Positions 58,223 to 64,000 of a DNA stretch of 64,000 bases are shown here, in pieces; position 1 is the stretch's first letter, and the number at the start of each line of letters is the position of its first letter. The notes under the pieces were generated by a model that worked only from the letters and a program-made list of their open reading frames with translations, was not told where the DNA came from and made no database searches. A program made the position numbers and the translations under genes. Origin of the DNA: Tubulanus polymorphus. Lineage: Eukaryota; Animalia; Nemertea. The stretch covers positions 15,569,653 through 15,633,652 of the forward strand of contig NC_134028.1 of the NCBI RefSeq assembly GCF_964204645.1. Direction: 5' to 3'.

Positions 58223-59340
58223 ATGACGGATGTTGAGAATGATGTGTGTGAGCCCTTGGCCTTATCTAGGCCTATGTCACCAACGGCCGTAGCTGCACAT
58301 CATGACCTCCTGGTTAGTGAGGAGGGTAACCTCTCGTTAAAACCAAAACGTGGCCGTCCAACGAAGACAAAAGCTGAAAATTTGAAAACATCTGAGGATT
58401 CCATCCTCCAGCGACTGACTGAAGTGATGGAGAGGGTCGTGACGAGAGATGCACCCACCCCGAAAATGCACAATATTCCGGCACCCAAGCCCTATACCAT
58501 GGGACACAATTTCCGCGTTTGGCTCGAAAGGTTTGACGCGTTCGCTGACCTGGCACAGATTAGTTCTCGCATCAACGGGGGCGAACAGCGTAAATCACAC
58601 CTGATGATGCGACTTGACCATGAGGCATACCAGGCTGTCTCGAACCTACGTCTCGACTCGAGCCTGTCGTATGATGATTTCTGTCGGCGGCTATCATCCC
58701 GTTTCCAACAAACAAAGACTGTGGATGACTTTAAGATGTTGTTGAAAGGGAGGGACCAAAAGACAACTGCATCTGTGGAACGCTATGCCGACGAGTTAGC
58801 AGAACTGGCAAGGAACGCGTACCCTGGCATTGCCTACGAGCTGCAGGATGAATTGGCCAAAGACCAATTCCTTAAAGGTAATAGCCTACCCGTCTCAGCG
58901 AAGCAGTCCATGTATGCGGCCCAGCCAAGTTCGTTGGCTGCAGCAGTCGCTCAAGCATGGACTCTGGAAACAGCGAGACGGTTGACAGGGCACGACTCAT
59001 AAACAAAAAGTATCCGTTAACCAGACCCAGCTCGACTCGACTAGTTCAGCCATAGCCAAACAACTCGACGAATTGAAATCGATGATGGGAACGCTGATGA
59101 CTCGAGTAGGCCATTTGGAAGCAGTTGTCTCTGGTAATGGCAATCGTCGACCGCCCGCCGATGACAAATGTTGGCGTTGCAGGTATGCAGACCACCCCAA
59201 AAACTTGTGCCCACAAGTTAAATGCTATAATTGCGAGGGGGAGTGGTCACTATTCAAGTACCTGCCACCTACGTAAGGGAAACCAGGGAAACGAGAAGCG
59301 GGGTTTTCAGGGGGGCAGTGGAAACCCAATCAGGAAATAG
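58223..59340 (+). pseudogene. Gypsy gag with two CCHC knuckles, interrupted
   Basis: NFRVWLERF...Q...ESV-like ASVERYADEL...AYP...KDQFLKG; CWRCRYADHPKNLC and a frameshifted CYNC..GHYSSTC. Confidence 0.85.
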
Positions 59341-59849
59341 TCCCCCTGTACCGCTGTATATACCCCCCGCAAGACGTAGGAAAAATCGGATGAATATGGC
59401 AAATGGTCTAACGTGCGATGCAAGTAGAGATGCACCTATTGATGGTTACCATCATACTAGCCCCACCACCGTGAGACCATCAAGCCATATTCAAATGATA
59501 TCGAGACCATCAAACCATATTCAAATGATATCAAGACCATCAAACCATATTCAAATGATATCGAGACCATCAAACCATATGCAAACGACACCTCAAGATG
59601 TATATGTGGTTGCTGGCCCGGCATGTGATTCTAGTGGAGATACACCTACTGATGGTCCACATCCTACTAGAACCATCACTGTTAGACCACCACAACATAC
59701 CCAAAGTATAGAAGAAAATCGACGTGACCCTTCGGAGAACAGTGAGGCGTCCCAGTCCGGCTACGGAAAACACTTGTCACAAGTTGCGCGACACCAAGGT
59801 TCAAACAACAGGAACAGAACCAGCCCAGACGAGCTTAGTTACAAACATC

Positions 59850-62800
59850 GGAACAGTGAGGCTCCACGCCTCGGGCCTTTTCTGTGATGCCGTAGTAAAT
59901 GACAATTCGAAAGCGGTGGTACTCCTGGACACTGGTGCCTCCTGCACAATCATTATTAGAGGTTCGGTATGGGACACTAGTAGCCCGACTGGTGAAGCCG
60001 CTGCACTGAGGCCAATCGAAGGAATCGTGACAACGGCTACCGGTCAGCCAATGGAGTTACGTGGATTAGCTGATGTATGTCTGAGAGTTGGAACTGAAGA
60101 ATTTCATGTCCCCATGATCGTCAGCGAGGATTTGGCACAAGACTGCTTGTTTGGAAGTGATTTCTTCGAGAAATATGGCTTTTACATAGATTACCGTAAC
60201 AAAGTGCTCCGCTTCGGAAGCTTCAGCGAGGTGCCTGTCCGCCAGAGCCCCAAACGCGCGAGCGCTTGCAGGGTGTTCATCAGTAAGAGCCAAATCATTC
60301 CAGCTGGATCTGGATTTCTGCACTGGGAAAACACTGGTGGTACCGGAGGCAAACCATATACCGGTTCGGCTAGCTAACTTCTCGGATGAGGCTTGTCGAG
60401 TCGACAGGGGCCAGACTATTGGTCTATTCTGCCCCCTACAGTCAGTTGACATCATGACTGTCGACGACCATGCTCAAAACCCGTCAACTCCCATCATGAC
60501 TGTCGACGACCATGCTCAAAACCCGTCAACTCCAAAAATCCAGCTGCAGGGTGGTGACAATACTGAATTCATGGACCTCTTGAGAGAATTGAAAATCGAC
60601 CAGCTTGAAATCCCCACTGACATGAAAACACAGCTTTTTCGACATCATACGGGAGCACAAGTCAGTTTTCTCGATGGGAGACTTTGACATTGGTCGAACA
60701 GATTGGCTTGAATTCGAGATCGACACCGGTGACCACCCACCGATAAAACAACATCCCCGTCGGCTACCCCCTGGTAGGAGAGCTTTTGTTGAGGGGACGA
60801 CCAAGGAGCTTTTAGAACACGACTTGATCCGGCCATCCACCAGCCCGTGGTCAAGCCCAATAGTTCTAGCGAAAAAGGCCGATGGTTCCCTGCGTCTATG
60901 CTGCGATTACCGCCGACTCAATGACGCAACAGTCAAAGACGCTCACCCATTAGGTAGAATAGACAGTACCCTAGAGGCTTTATCGGGCGCAACCTGGTTC
61001 TCGTCCCTCGATTTGACCAGCGGATACTGGCAGGTCCCAATAAAGGAATCAGACAAACATAAGAACGCATTCACGACTGAAAACCATCTATTTGAGTGGA
61101 ATGTCATGCCGTTTGTAATGCCCCGGCGTCATTCAGCAGACTGATGGCAATGGTACTGGATGATGTTGCATGGAAAACATGCCTTATCTTCCTGGATGAT
61201 GTAGTGGTGTTTAGGCATGATCTACCAACCCATCTGACGCGATTACAAGAGGTATTTCGTTGCTTTCAGAAAGCCGGTCTCAAGCTAAAACCGAGAAAAT
61301 GCTCGCTTTTCCAGCAGCGCCTCAAGTTTTTGGGGCATGTAGTAAGCGAGGCCGGTGTCGAAACCGACGGTGCCAAATGCGATAGAGTCAGGGATTGGCC
61401 GACCCCAACGTCAGTTACCGAACTGCGTAGTTTCCTTGGTCTTGTGACATATTACTCGCAATTCATCAAGGATTTCGCCGACTTGACAGCCCCGCTACAC
61501 CGCCTTACGAGGAAAAATGAACCATTCATCTGGACATCCAAGCAACAACTAGCGTTTGACGGACTGAAAGAAAAGCTGACCAGCTCCCCTATCCTGGCAT
61601 TCCCAGATTTCTCGGAGGGAGCTGGAGAGTTCATTTTGGACTGTGACGCCTCTAACTGGGCTATCGGAGGGGTGCTGTCACAGCTACGACGCGACGGTTC
61701 TGAGAGAGTGATCGAGTACAGTAGCCGCACGCTGAAAGGTGGAGAGGAGAACTATTGTGCCACCAGGCGCGAAATGTTGGCCTTGGTTGACATGATTGAC
61801 CACTTCCGCCACCATTTACTAGGCAGGAAATTCAAAGTTCGCACAGACCACGCAGCACTCAAGTGGCTACAAACCTTCAAAAGCCCTGAGGGCCAAGTGG
61901 CTCAGTGGCTCGAACGCCTATCGGAATATGATTTCGTTATCGAACATCGAGCTGGAAGCAAACATTTGAACGCAGACGCCCTGTCTCGCATCCCTAAGAG
62001 ACAGAGGAAACATGGGGACTGCCCAACTTGTGGTGACACTGGTCCATCTATATACCAGGTGACTGCAAAACATCAGGGCGATTTGACAGCGCACTCCACT
62101 GGCTTGTCCAGGAACAAAATAATCGAGGCGCAAGTAAATGACCCCGAAATATCGGAAATTAGGGAGTTCTTGGCCAGAGATGGGGTCAAGGACAAGAAAC
62201 GGCTACAACGGTGTGGTAGAACAGCGAGGAGCCTCTATAGTCTGGTTGAGCGTCTAGAGCTTTTAGATGGCATTCTTGCGCTTAAACCACTTCCGGGGGC
62301 TACCTCAACGAGACACCGAGTGGTACTACCCATTTCACTGACTGATGGAACCATAGGAGTCATACATTTGCGGGGAAACATCTCGGTACCAAAAAGACAG
62401 AGTGCAAAATTAGGGAAAGATTCTGGGTATTAGGCCTCTCAGCTAGGATCAGGGATTTTGTTCGGGGCTGCAAAACTTGCCAAGAGTGCAAGTCCCCGTC
62501 CAAACTACCAAAAGCCCCAATGATGTCTACACCGGTAGGGCGACGCTTCCAGCGTGTACATATAGACATCGTGGGCCCATTACCGAGAACCCGCCGCGGC
62601 AACGTCTACATTCTAGTGGCTCAAGATGCATTCACTAAGTGGCCCGAAGCATGGCCAATTCGCACGGAAAAGGCCTCCGTGGTGGCACGTGCCCTTGTGA
62701 ACGAGTGGGACACCCGTTATGGCTGCCCTGAATCCATCCACTCGGACAAAGGCGCGAACTTCGAGTCGAAAGTTTTCATGGAGATGTGTAGGATCTTGGC

Positions 62801-63530
62801 TATTGAAAAGACCAGAACCACTGCCTACCATCCTATGGGCAATGGGCAGGTGGAAAATTTCAATAAGTCCCTGAAAGCCATGCTGACTACAGCCGTCAAT
62901 GAGTGTGGAACAAACTGGGACGAAGAACTACCTGCGTGTTTGATGGCATTTCGTTCAAGCGTCTAGCACTCCACTCTTGAAACGTCGTTCTACTTGATGT
63001 ACGCCGAGGAAATGTCACTACCAATCGACATCAGCGTAGACTTGCCCGAGGACCACCAACCAAGGACTAAGTATGGCATGGACCTCTCTGACCGCCTCAC
63101 TAAGTCACACAACATTGTTCGTGATCGACTAGTGATGGCACAAAGGCGTCAGAAAATGGACTATGACCGTTTCGCAAAACGCGGGGGTTACAAGGTCGGG
63201 GATCGCGTGTGGCTGATGAGCCATTTCTTGAAAAAGGACGAGGCATCTAAGTTCCACTGGAAATGGAAAGGGCCTTACGTCGTGACCGAGAGACTATCGG
63301 AGGTGAATTACAGGGTTGTCCTGGAACCAGGCGCCGATCCGAGGGCGGTGAAGAGAAAGCGGGTTGTGCACTTCAATGATATGAAACCGTGCTTCCTGTC
63401 TAGTGAGACCGTGACCATAGGTCATAAAAAACCGAGACAGGAACCGGTTAAAACGACCGATCCTGAGGAGCAACCAACACTCAATAACGACGAGGGGGAG
63501 GTAGATGAAGACTGTGTCTGGACACGGTAA
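59850..63530 (+). pseudogene. Gypsy pol (protease, RT, RNase H, integrase) with multiple frameshifts and stops
   Basis: LLDTGAS; SPWSSPIVL, CDYRRLN, LDLTSGYWQ, IFLDDVV; DAS, TDHAALKW, NADALSR; IDIVGPLP, HSDKGANFES, YHPMGNGQVE; WKGPY. Confidence 0.95.
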
Positions 63531-63946
63531 CACCCAGAGACAACGGCGGTTATTCAAGAACCTCTTGTAACAAACCCTACCCAAAACCATCGCGAGCCTC
63601 CTACTCAAAACCACTCCAAGGCTGGGCCTTTGAACATTACAGACACTGAGGGGCACAGAAGACTCAGGCCCAGAGTAGGGATCGGGCGCACTAGTCGGTT
63701 CGTAAACTCATGTACAGTCAACAACGATGATTCGCTAGCCAACCAAAATAGGGCCTCAGACCCTTTGGTGAATCCAAACGGACTTATAGGACCTCCAGTC
63801 GCCTCGGACAAGATTGAGCAGAACAACATTATTTATATAGAACTGATCCAAAATTGCCAGAAATGTCGCGAAGTTCGGTCCCGGATTAACATGAGGAAAG
63901 GCTACTGGTTAGAAATGGGCCGGTACCTTAAATCAAAGGGTTAAAT

Positions 63947-63948
<2 letters not shown>

Positions 63949-64000
<52 letters not shown>
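63949..64000. repeat. (TA)n microsatellite
   Basis: Pure TA run to the window end. Confidence 0.98.

Larger units (their letters stand above)
57819..63820 (+). mobile_element. Decayed Ty3/Gypsy LTR retrotransposon (3' LTR not seen)
   Basis: Candidate 5' LTR TGTAAC...GTTACA (57819-57977), PBS TGGTGGCAGCG (57980), domain order gag-PR-RT-RH-IN. Confidence 0.92.

Noticed and set aside
60066-63829. Antisense ORFs over Gypsy pol and a possible env-like ORF after integrase
   Set aside because: Shadow frames of GC-richer coding DNA; no signal peptide or transmembrane ORF follows the integrase.

Overview
Eukaryotic (animal, probably invertebrate) AT-rich, transposon-dense DNA. The only host gene I can support is a complete cytochrome c oxidase subunit 6B (COX6B) on the minus strand: three coding exons (39895-39986, 24513-24627, 16788-16841) splice to an intact 86-aa protein across introns of about 15.3 kb and 7.7 kb filled with mobile DNA. 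Mobile elements include an apparently intact two-gene Harbinger transposon (12835-16340), two decayed Maverick/Polinton remnants (about 5.7-10.1 kb, and 29.2-38.6 kb inside a COX6B intron), a piggyBac > DIRS > Penelope-hammerhead nest, a non-coding LTR element, a decayed Gypsy element (57.8-63.8 kb), Helentron-type elements with internal tandem arrays, several MITEs, a SINE, LINE fragments and satellites. Three signals stand out. (1) About 20 TAGGCCTA words, several shown by paralogue comparison to be GGCCTA insertions at TA, which look like transposon excision footprints. (2) A TAAATG start context on 11 Polinton ORFs, matching the poxvirus late-promoter motif. (3) A minimal hammerhead ribozyme in the sense strand of a COX6B intron. 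All calls were made by eye with no database searches; family names for non-coding elements are inferred from termini and target-site duplications (TSDs).
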